Notes: a model not told the origin generated them from the sequence alone. Positions 13,089-23,629 are shown, counted from the first letter of the stretch. The stretch is 64,000 nt of DNA from an uncultured Gammaproteobacteria bacterium (GCA_964487925.1 CAZASZ010000003.1:738-64737), one strand, 5' to 3'. Program-made: numbers and translations.

Positions 13089-13754
13089 CTATTCCGCGCA
13101 CTCAGGCGTGCTTATCAAAAGGTGGCGCTCCGCCCCCAGTCCCGGGACGGACAGTGGAACAATCTCGATCGTGCGCCCCTTGACCGGCAAGACATCCAAC
13201 TCATCCCCCGACAGACGCCCCTTCATCATGACGATCCTACCCCGCTCCGACACTAGGTGGCTGACGAGACTCAGTATCCGGTCAGCGGCGCTAAAGGCAC
13301 GGGCAACGACGCAATCGAAGGTTTCCATCGGACGATAATCCTCGATACGGGCATGTTCGGTACGGGCATTTCCAAGCCCGAGCTCTGCGATCGCCTGGGT
13401 AACGAAGGCCAGCTTTTTACGGTTGCTATCCAGCATGACAATCTCCCACTCGGGATGCATCATCGCAAGTAGGATACCCGGAAGCCCTGCCCCCGTCCCA
13501 ACATCCAGGATACACGGCCCGCGTACATGGGGTTCGATGGCTATGCAATCAAGGGCATGACCACGCATCATCTCGCCCGGACCGCTCATTGCCGTCAGAT
13601 TATAAACCCCATTCCATTTTTCCAGCAGGTGCAGATACTCGGTCACCTGTCGCGCCAACGCGGCATCGGGCGCCATGCCCATCGCGGCCATGGAATCGCT
13701 TAGGGAACCAGCAAGGGATTCCCATGTCTCAGAGTTGTGCATGGGGCGTATCAT
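13089..13754 (-). CDS. rsmG: 16S rRNA (guanine527-N7)-methyltransferase
   Basis: SAM-binding motif ILDVGTGAGLPGILLA; conserved position next to parA. The start may be one of several in-frame ATGs near the N-terminus. Confidence 0.88.
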   Translation of the reverse strand: MIRPMHNSETWESLAGSLSDSMAAMGMAPDAALARQVTEYLHLLEKWNGVYNLTAMSGPGEMMRGHALDCIAIEPHVRGPCILDVGTGAGLPGILLAMMHPEWEIVMLDSNRKKLAFVTQAIAELGLGNARTEHARIEDYRPMETFDCVVARAFSAADRILSLVSHLVSERGRIVMMKGRLSGDELDVLPVKGRTIEIVPLSVPGLGAERHLLISTPECAE

Positions 13755-14061
13755 CGCTGGTCATAAGGAAAGGCTCAAGCCCCGCAAACAACTTCTATCA
13801 CACCATTGGAAACGGCCCCAGTACTTATAACCATCCCATCCGTGCCGTTACACGACATGAACTGCTGTGTGCAGAGACGCGACCAACGGTTATACTACGC
13901 GCGATTTTGGACGCAATTTTGGTGGAGCGGCTGAATCTTACGGGGCTGCGATACACCCGTCATCATAAAACTGTAATATTAGCAGGATAGCGTTGTCTCC
14001 TCGCCGGAATCGCGACTGTTCGGCTCAAGACACAAACACCAACGGATAAACGACACCGCCA

Positions 14062-16065
14062 ATGCCTATCGAAACACCTACAGAACAGACCATCCATTCG
14101 GCGCCCAGCGCGCGAGCAATGGTCAGGTCCCGTATTGGGACACTGCTTCTGATCTGGTGCCTAACAGCATTGAATACGGCCGCGTTGGCTGAACCCATCA
14201 CGCTGAACCTCAAGGACGCCGACATCGGGGCCGTCATCACGACTGTCGCGGACATCACGGGCAAGAACTTCATCGTAGACCCGCGAGTCAAGGGCAAAGT
14301 CACGATCATCTCGTCGCGACCCATGGACAAAGAGGCGGTCTATCAGGTCTTTCTGTCCCTGCTGAGCGTCCACGGCTTCTCTGCGGTCGAGAGTGGCAAT
14401 GTTATCAAGATTCTTCCCGACGCAAATGCCAAGCAGAACGCCCTGCCGGTCCTTGATGATACCCGCCGCGAGGACAATGATGCCGTCGTGACCCGCATCA
14501 TCGAGCTGCACAATGTCTCTGCAGCACAGTTGGTCCCGATCTTGAGACCGCTGGTCCCGCAACAAGGTCACCTAGCGGCCTATGTACCGGGCAATACCCT
14601 GATCATTTCCGACCGCGCCGCCAATATTCAGCGCATCGTAGAGATCATCGAACGCATCGACCTGCCAAACAATGAAGAGATAGAGATCATCCCGCTCGAG
14701 CATGCCTCTGCCACCGATATCGCACGCACACTGACCACGCTGACCCAAAGCAACAAGGGCGCCGGCAGGCAGGCCAATGTGAGTGAGTCCACGTCGGTCA
14801 TCATTGCCGATGAACGCACCAACAGCATCCTGTTGGGCGGTAGCAAGTCGGGGCGTTTGCGGTTGCGCACCCTGATTTCGCATCTCGATACGCCACTCGT
14901 CAACGAGGGCAATACACAAGTCATCTATCTACACTATGCGCGTGCAAAGGATCTCGTACCGATCCTGACCGGTATCAACACGAGTCTTGAACAACAGGCC
15001 AAAGCCAAGGGCGGCGCGGTGGCAAAGGCCAATGACCCGGTCAGCATCCAGGCTGATGAAAGCACCAATGCGCTGATCATCACGGCCCCACCCAGCACAC
15101 TGAGCTCGCTGCAGTCCGTCGTTCGTCAGCTGGATATCCGTCGGGCTCAAGTCCTCGTCGAATCGGTTATCGCGGAGGTCCAAGCCAACGCCAACAACGA
15201 GCTGGGCATCGAGTGGGTCGTGGACAGCACACCGGGCGGCAACGGGCCGGTTGGGGTCAGCAACTTCGGCAACATCGCCGGGGTAGCTTCCGCAGTCGCC
15301 ACGAAAAACCTGCCCACTCTGCCCATTGGGCTGACCATGGGCATCGGACGGTTCAACTCGGGCAATATCAATTTTGCGGCCATCCTTCATGCACTCAAGG
15401 GCGATGCCTCTACCAATATCCTGTCCACACCCTCGATCATCACGCTCGATAATGAGGAAGCTGAAATCGTCGTCGGCCAAGAGGTCCCGTTCGTCACCGG
15501 ATCGTTTACGTCTACCGGCAGCTCGACCTCGCCGACCAACCCATTTCAAACCATCAACCGCAAGAATGTCGGCCTGACGCTCAAGGTCACGCCCCAGATC
15601 AACGAGGGTAACGCCATCAACCTGGCGATCGATCAGTCCATCGACAGCCTGAGCGCGAGTTCGTTGAACGCCGTCGATCTCGTGACTAACAAGCGTTCTA
15701 TCAAGACCTCGATCCTGGTCGAGGACGGCCAGATGATCGTACTCGGTGGATTGATCAAAGACGACCTCAAAGACACCACACAAAAGGTTCCGTTGCTCGG
15801 TGACATCCCAGTACTGGGCTGGCTGTTTACGAGCAAGTCGACAACCAAGGAAAAGACCAACCTCATGGTATTCCTACGCCCCACGATTATTCGCGACAGC
15901 GCGCTCGCGACTCGTATCAGCGATGGCAAATACCGCTATATCCAGGACCTCCAACAGTCCATTAAAGATCGCGACGACACCATGCTGCCCAAGGAAGAGG
16001 CGCCCGTCATCCAGCCGTTGGACGACTATCTGCCGCCGCCCCCGCCGATCGAGGAATCACCGTAG
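14062..16065 (+). CDS. gspD: type II secretion system secretin
   Basis: 667 aa. N0-N3 domains (NLKDADIGAVITTVADITGKNFIVDPRVKGKVTI...), a secretin domain (NILSTPSIITLDNEEAEIVVGQEVPFVTG...VPLLGDIPVLGWLF) and an S-domain tail. The signal peptide probably starts at the internal M (MVRSRIGTLLLIW...). Confidence 0.95.
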   Translation: MPIETPTEQTIHSAPSARAMVRSRIGTLLLIWCLTALNTAALAEPITLNLKDADIGAVITTVADITGKNFIVDPRVKGKVTIISSRPMDKEAVYQVFLSLLSVHGFSAVESGNVIKILPDANAKQNALPVLDDTRREDNDAVVTRIIELHNVSAAQLVPILRPLVPQQGHLAAYVPGNTLIISDRAANIQRIVEIIERIDLPNNEEIEIIPLEHASATDIARTLTTLTQSNKGAGRQANVSESTSVIIADERTNSILLGGSKSGRLRLRTLISHLDTPLVNEGNTQVIYLHYARAKDLVPILTGINTSLEQQAKAKGGAVAKANDPVSIQADESTNALIITAPPSTLSSLQSVVRQLDIRRAQVLVESVIAEVQANANNELGIEWVVDSTPGGNGPVGVSNFGNIAGVASAVATKNLPTLPIGLTMGIGRFNSGNINFAAILHALKGDASTNILSTPSIITLDNEEAEIVVGQEVPFVTGSFTSTGSSTSPTNPFQTINRKNVGLTLKVTPQINEGNAINLAIDQSIDSLSASSLNAVDLVTNKRSIKTSILVEDGQMIVLGGLIKDDLKDTTQKVPLLGDIPVLGWLFTSKSTTKEKTNLMVFLRPTIIRDSALATRISDGKYRYIQDLQQSIKDRDDTMLPKEEAPVIQPLDDYLPPPPPIEESP

Positions 16066-16067
16066 CG

Positions 16068-17612
16068 GTGACCGGCGGACAGCAACCCATGTCCATCTCC
16101 GACCTCGCGACCGATCAGTCGATACCGATGAACGAAGCGGCGACAACACTGACCATTCCCTTCGCGTTCGCCAAACGTCACGGTGTGCTCGTAACACCAT
16201 CGCACGAAGGTCCGCCGACGGTGCTGATGCGTCACGGGTTTTCACCGCTCGCCCTGGCGGAACTCGGCCGAAATATCCCGACCGGCTTCAAACTTCGCTG
16301 CATCTCTGCGGACGAATTCGATAAGACCTTGCGTTCGGCCTACGAGGACAATAGCAGTCAAAGCATGGCCATTATGGGTGAGGTCGGTGAAGACATGGAC
16401 CTCAACAGCATTGCCCAGGCATTGCCCGAACCACAGGATCTGCTCGAAAGCGATGACGACGCGCCGGTCATCCGGCTCATCAATGCGCTATTCACCGAGG
16501 CCGTCAAGGAAAATGCCTCCGATATCCACGTCGAGCCCTTCGAGTCCAGACTGCTCGTCCGTTTCCGGGTCGATGGCGTCCTCAGAGAGATCCTCGAACC
16601 GGCCCGCGTGCTGGCGCCTATCCTTGTCTCTCGAATCAAGGTCATGGCAAAGCTCGATATCGCCGAAAAACGCCTGCCTCAAGACGGCCGAATCTCGCTA
16701 CGCATCGCCGGCCGAGCCGTCGACGTCCGCGTCTCGACCATGCCGGCCGGTCATGGTGAGCGCGTCGTCATGCGTCTACTCGACAAACAGGCGGGGCGTA
16801 TCGATCTCGAACGACTTGGGATGGCGCCCCATGACCTACGGTCTATCAACGAAGTTATTCAACGGCCACACGGCATCATCCTGGTCACAGGCCCAACCGG
16901 TTCCGGTAAGACGACCAGCCTCTACGCCATGTTGAGCCGACTCAATAACCACATCAGCAATATCATGACGGTTGAGGACCCGATCGAATACTATCTGGAC
17001 GGTATCAGTCAGACCCAGGTTCAGACCAAGGTCGACATGAGCTTTGCGCGAGGCCTTCGGGCCATCCTGCGTCAGGACCCGGACGTCGTCATGGTCGGTG
17101 AGATCCGTGACCTCGAGACCGCAGAGATCGCGGTCCAGGCCAGTCTGACGGGTCACCTCGTGCTGTCGACACTTCACACCAACAGCGCCACCGGCGCCAT
17201 CGTGCGCATGCGAGACATGGGTGTAGAGGCCTTCCTGCTGTCATCTAGCATCGTCGGCATCATCGCCCAGCGCCTGCTCCGGCTGCTCTGCCCCGAATGC
17301 AAGACGGCCTATGAACCCAATCGTGAGGATTGCGAGAAACTCAACATCCCGTTCGAGGAAGGCCGAGCCATCTATCACTCGGTCGGCTGTCCGCATTGCA
17401 AGGGGATGGGTTACATCGGCCGGACCGCGATCTTCGAGGTCGTGACGATCAACGACCAGATGCGTACGATGATCCACGACGGCAGCTCAGAACAGACGCT
17501 AGAGGCCGCCGCGCGTCGTCGCGGCCCCGGGATTTACGATGATGGTATGCGCCGCGTCCTGAGCGGCGAAACCTCGGTCGATGAACTGCTGCGCGTCATC
17601 CATGGTGCCTGA
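16068..17612 (+). CDS. gspE: type II secretion ATPase
   Basis: Walker A GPTGSGKTT; Asp box, His box and a tetracysteine motif (CPECK...CPHCKG) as in GspE. Confidence 0.96.
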   Translation: MTGGQQPMSISDLATDQSIPMNEAATTLTIPFAFAKRHGVLVTPSHEGPPTVLMRHGFSPLALAELGRNIPTGFKLRCISADEFDKTLRSAYEDNSSQSMAIMGEVGEDMDLNSIAQALPEPQDLLESDDDAPVIRLINALFTEAVKENASDIHVEPFESRLLVRFRVDGVLREILEPARVLAPILVSRIKVMAKLDIAEKRLPQDGRISLRIAGRAVDVRVSTMPAGHGERVVMRLLDKQAGRIDLERLGMAPHDLRSINEVIQRPHGIILVTGPTGSGKTTSLYAMLSRLNNHISNIMTVEDPIEYYLDGISQTQVQTKVDMSFARGLRAILRQDPDVVMVGEIRDLETAEIAVQASLTGHLVLSTLHTNSATGAIVRMRDMGVEAFLLSSSIVGIIAQRLLRLLCPECKTAYEPNREDCEKLNIPFEEGRAIYHSVGCPHCKGMGYIGRTAIFEVVTINDQMRTMIHDGSSEQTLEAAARRRGPGIYDDGMRRVLSGETSVDELLRVIHGA

Positions 17613-17614
17613 TC

Positions 17615-18832
17615 ATGGGAGCTTATTCCTACATCGCCCTCGATCAACGTGGGCGCCAACGTAAGGGAGTTATTGAAGGCGATACACCGCGTCAGATCCG
17701 CCAGAAGTTGCGCGATCAGGGGCTTGCCGCAACCTCGTTAATCGAAATCGCCGAACAGGAAAAGGCCGCCGGCCCCCGGACAGGTCTGGGTAGACGGCCA
17801 GCCAACACCGCTGACCTTGCCCTCGTGACGCGCCAACTCGCCACGCTTGTGGGCTCGGGTCTGCCGCTCGAAGAATCGCTCCGTACAGTCGCGGAACAAT
17901 GTGAAAGACCCCGACTTAAAGGCATGATCGTCGCTATCCGCTCGCGAATCATGGAGGGTCAGTCCTTTGCTACGGCGCTCAACGACTTTCCCCGCGTCTT
18001 TTCAGATCTCTACCGCGCCACGGTCTCCGCTGGTGAGCAATCGGGACATCTCGAGGGTGTGCTGGACCGCCTCGCGGACTATACGGAGGAGCACCAGGCT
18101 ACTCGACAACGAGTCGTGCTATCCCTGATCTACCCTATCCTCGTTCTGGTCGTTGCCATACTGGTTGTAGCTCTGTTACTGGCCTATGTCGTGCCTCAGG
18201 TCGTATCCGTGTTCTCGGACATGGGTCAGGAACTTCCCGCCTTGACACAGGCCATGATCGCGGCTAGCGACTTCATTCGCGCACAAGGCCTATTTGTACT
18301 GGCTTTAACAGTGTCCATCGTTTTGGTCGCTCGAATTCTCCTGCGCCGGCCTCGGATCAAACAGGCCGTACATCGTTTCTGGCTCGCCATGCCCTTGATC
18401 TCCGGTCTCGTCAAGGGCATGAACGCAGCCCGCTTCGCACGCACGCTCAGCATCCTGTCGGCCAGTGGCGTCCCGGTCCTCGACGCCTTGCACATCGCGG
18501 CTCAGGTCGTGACTAATCTGCCGATGCGCAACGCTGTCGATATGGCTGCCCGCCAGGTTCGGGAAGGGGCCTCGCTCCACGTCTCGCTCGAGCGTAGCGG
18601 TTATTTTCCGCCGCTGACCGTGCAGCTCATTGCGAGCGGCGAGGCCAGTGGAAAACTCGATCTCATGCTTGAGCGCGCGGCCAACAGCCAGGAACGCGAA
18701 CTCGATGCCTTGATCAAGACCATGACCGGCCTGTTCGGCCCGCTTATGATCCTGGGAATGGGTGGCATGGTCCTGCTGATCGTGCTCGCTATCCTGATGC
18801 CTATCTTCAACCTCAATCAGCTCCTCGTCTAA
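17615..18832 (+). CDS. gspF: type II secretion inner-membrane platform protein
   Basis: 405 aa. Two repeated GspF cytoplasmic domains and three TM helices; follows gspE. Confidence 0.94.
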   Translation: MGAYSYIALDQRGRQRKGVIEGDTPRQIRQKLRDQGLAATSLIEIAEQEKAAGPRTGLGRRPANTADLALVTRQLATLVGSGLPLEESLRTVAEQCERPRLKGMIVAIRSRIMEGQSFATALNDFPRVFSDLYRATVSAGEQSGHLEGVLDRLADYTEEHQATRQRVVLSLIYPILVLVVAILVVALLLAYVVPQVVSVFSDMGQELPALTQAMIAASDFIRAQGLFVLALTVSIVLVARILLRRPRIKQAVHRFWLAMPLISGLVKGMNAARFARTLSILSASGVPVLDALHIAAQVVTNLPMRNAVDMAARQVREGASLHVSLERSGYFPPLTVQLIASGEASGKLDLMLERAANSQERELDALIKTMTGLFGPLMILGMGGMVLLIVLAILMPIFNLNQLLV

Positions 18833-18857
18833 CGCAATCTTTCAGAGAGAAATCGCC

Positions 18858-19274
18858 ATGTCATTTGTGCAAACACGCGCCACTTCAAGATCCCGAAAAC
18901 AACGCGGCTTCACGCTGATCGAAGTCCTGGTCGTCGTCGTGATCCTCGGTATCCTCGCCGCCATCATCGTCCCGAATATCATGGACAAACCCGGCTTGGC
19001 CCGCATCACCAAGGCCAAGTCCGATATCCGTGCGGTCGAGGCCGCCCTGAATATGTACCGTCTCGATAACCACAACTACCCGACGACCGACGAGGGTCTA
19101 GCCAAGCTCGTCGGCAAATACCTGCCGCGCCTGCCGATGGACCCTTGGGACCGGGAATACCTCTACCTGTATCCGGGTGTGCAATCCGAGGTCGATGTCT
19201 ATACCCTGGGTCGTGACGGCCAGGAAGGCGGCCAGGATGAAGACGCCGATATCGGCAACTGGGACCTCAACTAA
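18858..19274 (+). CDS. gspG: type II secretion major pseudopilin
   Basis: Prepilin signature ...KQRG|FTLIEVLVVVVILGILAAIIVPNIM; GspG-like C-terminus with a calcium-binding region (DPWDREY). Confidence 0.95.
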   Translation: MSFVQTRATSRSRKQRGFTLIEVLVVVVILGILAAIIVPNIMDKPGLARITKAKSDIRAVEAALNMYRLDNHNYPTTDEGLAKLVGKYLPRLPMDPWDREYLYLYPGVQSEVDVYTLGRDGQEGGQDEDADIGNWDLN

Positions 19275-19295
19275 ACACGGCGGCCGTAGCCCATC

Positions 19296-19856
19296 ATGAC
19301 CGCCTACTGGACGCTGCCTCACGGCCGGCTGGTCACACCATGGCGCCGGGTACAGAAGGGTTTCACGCTCCTTGAGGTTCTCGTGGTGGTCTTTATCGTC
19401 GGAATCATTTTGAGCGTGGCCGTGATCAGCATCCCTGCCGATAAAGAAAAGGCTCTGCAGACCGAGGCTGAGCGTATCGACGCTCTGATCGGCCTGGCCC
19501 AGCAGGAGGCCATCATCCGCGACCGTGAGCTGGCGCTGGAGGTCAAATCCGATGGCTATCGTTTCCTGATCCAGGACGAGGCATCGTGGACGCCCATGCC
19601 CGACTCGAACTTCAGGCCCAGGTCATTGGAGGAGCCGATGCAGCTTGAGCTCGTCATGGAAGGCATCCCTCTCCTGACACGCGATGAAGGACAAGACTCG
19701 GATGGCGAAGACGACCAAGCGCCGCGGATTTTCATCCTGTCCAGTGGAGAGCTCTCCCAGTTTACGATCAGTGTGGCACACCCGGAGGTCCCCGTTGAGT
19801 TCCTGATCCACGGTGACATTTCCGGTCGCCACTCCGTGGAGAAAAAGGCCAAATGA
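19296..19856 (+). CDS. gspH: type II secretion minor pseudopilin
   Basis: Prepilin motif QKG|FTLLEVLVVVFIVGII; operon position. Confidence 0.85.
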   Translation: MTAYWTLPHGRLVTPWRRVQKGFTLLEVLVVVFIVGIILSVAVISIPADKEKALQTEAERIDALIGLAQQEAIIRDRELALEVKSDGYRFLIQDEASWTPMPDSNFRPRSLEEPMQLELVMEGIPLLTRDEGQDSDGEDDQAPRIFILSSGELSQFTISVAHPEVPVEFLIHGDISGRHSVEKKAK

Positions 19857-20260
19857 TAGGCCACTGGCCCCCGCTGGCCCGCGCCCGCTGCAACGGATTC
19901 ACGCTGCTCGAAATCATGGTCGCGCTCGCCGTACTGGCCATCGCCCTGGCCGCGATCGTGACCGAGTCCAGTCAGAACATTAAGAACCTGATACGCCTGC
20001 GCGAGCACACTATCGCCCACTGGGTGGCAATGAATCGAATCGCCGAACTCCAGCTCCAACCCGCGTGGCCCGCGACTGGTCAGGCATCCGGAGTCGTCGA
20101 GATGGCCCACGGTAGTTGGCGCTGGGAGACCCGCGTCACGGACACCGACGACGATGCCGTGCGACGACTGGACATCGACGTCCTAAAAGACACGCCTCGC
20201 AATGATGACGTACTGGAGCATTTGATCTCCTATCTTGGACAACCGATGGTGAACCCCTGA
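19853..20260 (+). CDS. gspI: type II secretion minor pseudopilin
   Basis: Prepilin motif CNG|FTLLEIMVALAVLAIALAAIV; 135 aa; 4-nt overlap with gspH. Confidence 0.85.
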   Translation: MIGHWPPLARARCNGFTLLEIMVALAVLAIALAAIVTESSQNIKNLIRLREHTIAHWVAMNRIAELQLQPAWPATGQASGVVEMAHGSWRWETRVTDTDDDAVRRLDIDVLKDTPRNDDVLEHLISYLGQPMVNP

Positions 20261-20262
20261 CC

Positions 20263-20943
20263 ATGGTAGCAACCGTTGTAGGCAAACGTATGCGTGCCCC
20301 AAGACGGACGCCGAGCGCAGCTGGTGAATGGGGATTCACGCTGATCGAGCTGCTGGTGGCGCTGGCAATCTTCGCGATTCTCGCGGTTATGGCCTACCGC
20401 GGGCTGGATGTAGTCCTGACCACGGACCAGGTGGGTCAGGCCCAGGCCAAGCGGCTTGCGCGCCTGCAAACCGCCTATCGGCTCGTGGGTAGAGATGTCG
20501 AACAAATTGTGGCCCGTTCCATACGTGACCAGTTCGGCGACAGACAGCCGGCGCTCATCGGCGATTCCAGCACAATCGAAATGTCCCGAATCGGCTGGAG
20601 AAACCCCGCGCACTTGCCGCGAAGCCGGATTCAACGGGTCGGCTATCAGCTTACAGAGGACAACCTGCTCCGGTCGAGTTGGGGTGTCCTCGATCGTGCC
20701 CAGGATACGGAACCGACCGGATCGGAGGTCCTGAATGATATCGATGAACTCGGCTTTCGTTACTTCGACTTAGAGCAAGGATGGCAAACCCACTGGCCAC
20801 TCGACAATGAGGATGCCTCCCGACTGGTCCTACCCGCGGCCGTTGAGGTGACGCTTACCTTGAAGGACTTTGGCAACATCGTGTGGCTCTTCCGTGTCCC
20901 TTCCGGCAGCGTTCCGACGCCGACCAACAATGGTAGCAACTAA
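20263..20943 (+). CDS. gspJ: type II secretion minor pseudopilin
   Basis: Prepilin motif EWG|FTLIELLVALAIFAILAVMAYRGLD; 226 aa. Confidence 0.85.
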   Translation: MVATVVGKRMRAPRRTPSAAGEWGFTLIELLVALAIFAILAVMAYRGLDVVLTTDQVGQAQAKRLARLQTAYRLVGRDVEQIVARSIRDQFGDRQPALIGDSSTIEMSRIGWRNPAHLPRSRIQRVGYQLTEDNLLRSSWGVLDRAQDTEPTGSEVLNDIDELGFRYFDLEQGWQTHWPLDNEDASRLVLPAAVEVTLTLKDFGNIVWLFRVPSGSVPTPTNNGSN

Positions 20944-20944
20944 T

Positions 20945-21892
20945 ATGCCGGTAATTAGTGCGCCGAAACCCCGACGCGAGCAACGCGGTATCGCCCTGAT
21001 CACGGCCATGCTCGTGACTGCCATCGCCGCGACCGCGGCTGTCAACATGGCCTCGCGACAGCAGATCGACTTTAGACGCAGCGAAAATCTGTTCGGCGCC
21101 GACCAGGGTTATCTGTTCGCCCTCGGGGTCGAGTCCTGGGCAAGCCAGATTTTGCGCCGAGACGCCCAGGAGGGCAACATCGACAGCCTTGATGAAGACT
21201 GGGCCGTCACTCTGCCGCCGATCGCCGTCGAGGGCGCGGTCCTATCGGGCGGCATCGAGGATCTGCAGAGCCGCTTCAACCTCAACAATCTGATCAAAAA
21301 CAACGCGGTCAGCGAACCCGACCTCAAACGCTTTAAACGACTCTTGAAAAATCTCGAAATCGATGAAGCCGTTGCCGATGCCGTGGTAGACTGGCTCGAC
21401 AGTGATACCTCGCCGTTGCTCCCCGACGGTGCCGAAGACGTGGACTACTTGATACTGAGTCCAGGGTATCGCACGGCCAACGCCCCATTGGTCAGCCCGT
21501 CGGAGCTATTGCTGATAAAAGGAATCGACCAAGCCGCGTTCGAGAAACTCGAGCCCTATGTACAATGCGTCCCTGTGCGGACCTCAATCAATGTCAATAC
21601 CGCGCCGCCGGCCGTGCTGATGATGCTGGCCGATGGCCTGACACAGGCCGACGCGGAACAAATTCGGGATGACAGGACCGACAAGCACTTCGACAGCGCT
21701 TCCGAGTTTACGAATCTGCCGGTCATCAAGGGTCTTGGACAAAACTTCACGGATATCAGCGTAACGAGTCACTATTTCATGGTCAGAGCAAATACGGAAT
21801 ACGGCCACAGCCGAGTCCAAGCCACCATTATCCTGAGCCGGAATGATAAGGGCCAGACCGAGACCATATTGCGTTCTCAGGGGGGCTACTGA
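20945..21892 (+). CDS. gspK: type II secretion minor pseudopilin
   Basis: QRGIALITAMLVTAIAATAA N-terminus (the GspK-type non-cleavable pseudopilin). Start taken at the ATG 1 nt after the gspJ stop. Confidence 0.85.
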   Translation: MPVISAPKPRREQRGIALITAMLVTAIAATAAVNMASRQQIDFRRSENLFGADQGYLFALGVESWASQILRRDAQEGNIDSLDEDWAVTLPPIAVEGAVLSGGIEDLQSRFNLNNLIKNNAVSEPDLKRFKRLLKNLEIDEAVADAVVDWLDSDTSPLLPDGAEDVDYLILSPGYRTANAPLVSPSELLLIKGIDQAAFEKLEPYVQCVPVRTSINVNTAPPAVLMMLADGLTQADAEQIRDDRTDKHFDSASEFTNLPVIKGLGQNFTDISVTSHYFMVRANTEYGHSRVQATIILSRNDKGQTETILRSQGGY

Positions 21893-21895
21893 GCC

Positions 21896-23131
21896 ATGCG
21901 CCCAACGCTGTTGATTCATATCGTCTCGGGTCCCGAAGAGTCCATCGAGTGGCTTACCTGCAGCGGGGATCAAACGGTCAGTTGCGCCGATTTCGGCCAA
22001 GGTACGCTCGATGATCTCGGTGACCTCGGTCATGGCCGTGAAGTCAGGGTTCTGATCTCGGGACCGGATATCGTCCTGACGGCCGCTCGGGTCCCCGGCC
22101 GCCAACGCCAGCAAATCGCCGCCGCGCTGCCCTATCTGATCGAAGATCAGTTCATTGAGGAGGTCGAGGCCATCCATTTCGCGCTTGGGCCCCGAGACCC
22201 GGACGGCCTCGTGCATGCCGCCGCCATCAGCCACGATCGCATGCAATTTTGGCGGCAACGGCTCAGCGAGGCCGGCATCGAAGCGCAATCGATCAGTCCG
22301 GGCATCCTCTACCTACCATTCGACGACAGTGGTTGGACCGTGGTCGAACACCACGGATTGATGTTCGTCCGGAGCAGCCCGACATCAGGCTTCGCATGCA
22401 CCCCGGAGCACCTCGAACCCTTGCTGAGCCAGCTTTCGGAGACCGAGCGACCTGAACTCATTCGACTACATACTTTTTCCGATTCCGAACCGACCCAGTT
22501 GACATCCAACGATCAGACGATCGGCGGTATTGCGAGTGAATGGCAGCATCATGATGCCCATCTACTTGAGGTCATGACCGAGTCAATAACGAAAAAGGGA
22601 CAGATCGATCTCCTGCAAGGCCCCTACGGGCGCAGTACGAAGCTCAATCAAGTTTGGCTCAAGTGGCGGCCGGCCGCCATACTCGCCGGACTGCTCGTGA
22701 CGGCCTTGTTGGCCAACGGCGTATCCCGCGTACTGGAACTCGGCACCCGTAATGACCAGCTTCATCAGGAAATCCGCACGATATATCGAGATGCATTCCC
22801 CAACGAGAAGCGCATCGTCAACCCCCGCGTACAAATGCAGCGCCATCTAAACGCCCTGCGCGAAGGCTCGGGGCATACATCGGCGACTTGGATCATGGAC
22901 ACCTTGGACCGGACAGGCCCCGTTCTCACGGCTACATCCGGCCTTGTTCTGCAACGACTCACCTATAAAAACGAAACCTTCTCGCTGCGCCTCGACCTGC
23001 CCAACCTGGGCAGCGTCGAACAACTCAAGAACAAGTTGTCGGTGCTAGAGGACATTAACGTCGAGATCGTAACCGCTAGCTCCAACAACGGGCACGTCAC
23101 GGCAAATCTACTGCTGAAACCTAAGAGCTAG
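21896..23131 (+). CDS. gspL: type II secretion inner-membrane protein
   Basis: 411 aa. Cytoplasmic actin-like domain plus a single TM (WRPAAILAGLLVTALLANGV) and a periplasmic domain; position between gspK and gspM. Confidence 0.85.
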   Translation: MRPTLLIHIVSGPEESIEWLTCSGDQTVSCADFGQGTLDDLGDLGHGREVRVLISGPDIVLTAARVPGRQRQQIAAALPYLIEDQFIEEVEAIHFALGPRDPDGLVHAAAISHDRMQFWRQRLSEAGIEAQSISPGILYLPFDDSGWTVVEHHGLMFVRSSPTSGFACTPEHLEPLLSQLSETERPELIRLHTFSDSEPTQLTSNDQTIGGIASEWQHHDAHLLEVMTESITKKGQIDLLQGPYGRSTKLNQVWLKWRPAAILAGLLVTALLANGVSRVLELGTRNDQLHQEIRTIYRDAFPNEKRIVNPRVQMQRHLNALREGSGHTSATWIMDTLDRTGPVLTATSGLVLQRLTYKNETFSLRLDLPNLGSVEQLKNKLSVLEDINVEIVTASSNNGHVTANLLLKPKS

Positions 23132-23134
23132 AAC

Positions 23135-23629
23135 ATGCGCCGAGCCTTTGACAACCTGAGCCAATCGGAACGTACTTTGATCATTGTAGCGAGCGTCGTC
23201 CTGCTCGCCGGACTGATCTATGGTTTGGTCTGGCGCCCGTTGCAGGTCAACCTTGTAGCGCAGGAGAATAAACTCGAACAGAATCTGAAGACGGTTAAAT
23301 GGATGCGGCAATCCGCTCAGGAGCTCGCCCGGATCAAGGCTCAGACAACCGGCCAGGGGCAAAGTGGCGCCCGCCAGTCCATCCTCTCCTTGGTGGACCA
23401 GACCGCGCGCAAGGCCGGACTCGGAGACACCATCAAACGCGTCGAGCCGGCCGGCCAGGGCAAGGTCCGAATCCGTATGGAGTCCGTCGCCTTCGACGAC
23501 ATGATTGCCTGGCTTGAAGGTCTCCTGAGGTCATCGGCGATCGCCATCGAGAGTATCGCCGTAGACCGCAGTGATCTACAGGGCCTTGTCGATGCCCACC
23601 TCACGCTATCTGATCCGACTGCGCAATGA
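23135..23629 (+). CDS. gspM: type II secretion inner-membrane protein
   Basis: 164 aa, N-terminal TM (LIIVASVVLLAGLIYGLVW); position after gspL. Confidence 0.82.
   Translation: MRRAFDNLSQSERTLIIVASVVLLAGLIYGLVWRPLQVNLVAQENKLEQNLKTVKWMRQSAQELARIKAQTTGQGQSGARQSILSLVDQTARKAGLGDTIKRVEPAGQGKVRIRMESVAFDDMIAWLEGLLRSSAIAIESIAVDRSDLQGLVDAHLTLSDPTAQ

Noticed and set aside
13755-14061. Possible oriC or LexA box between rsmG and gspD
   Set aside because: I looked for TTATNCACA DnaA boxes and a CTGT-N8-ACAG LexA box, since CTGTAATATTAGCAGG is present. There is no DnaA-box cluster, and the LexA-like site fails the second half-site (CAGG instead of ACAG).
14929-15783. 284-aa minus-strand ORF inside gspD
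   Set aside because: Antisense to the secretin gene. Very Asp/Arg/Gly-rich and low complexity. This is a high-GC frame artefact.
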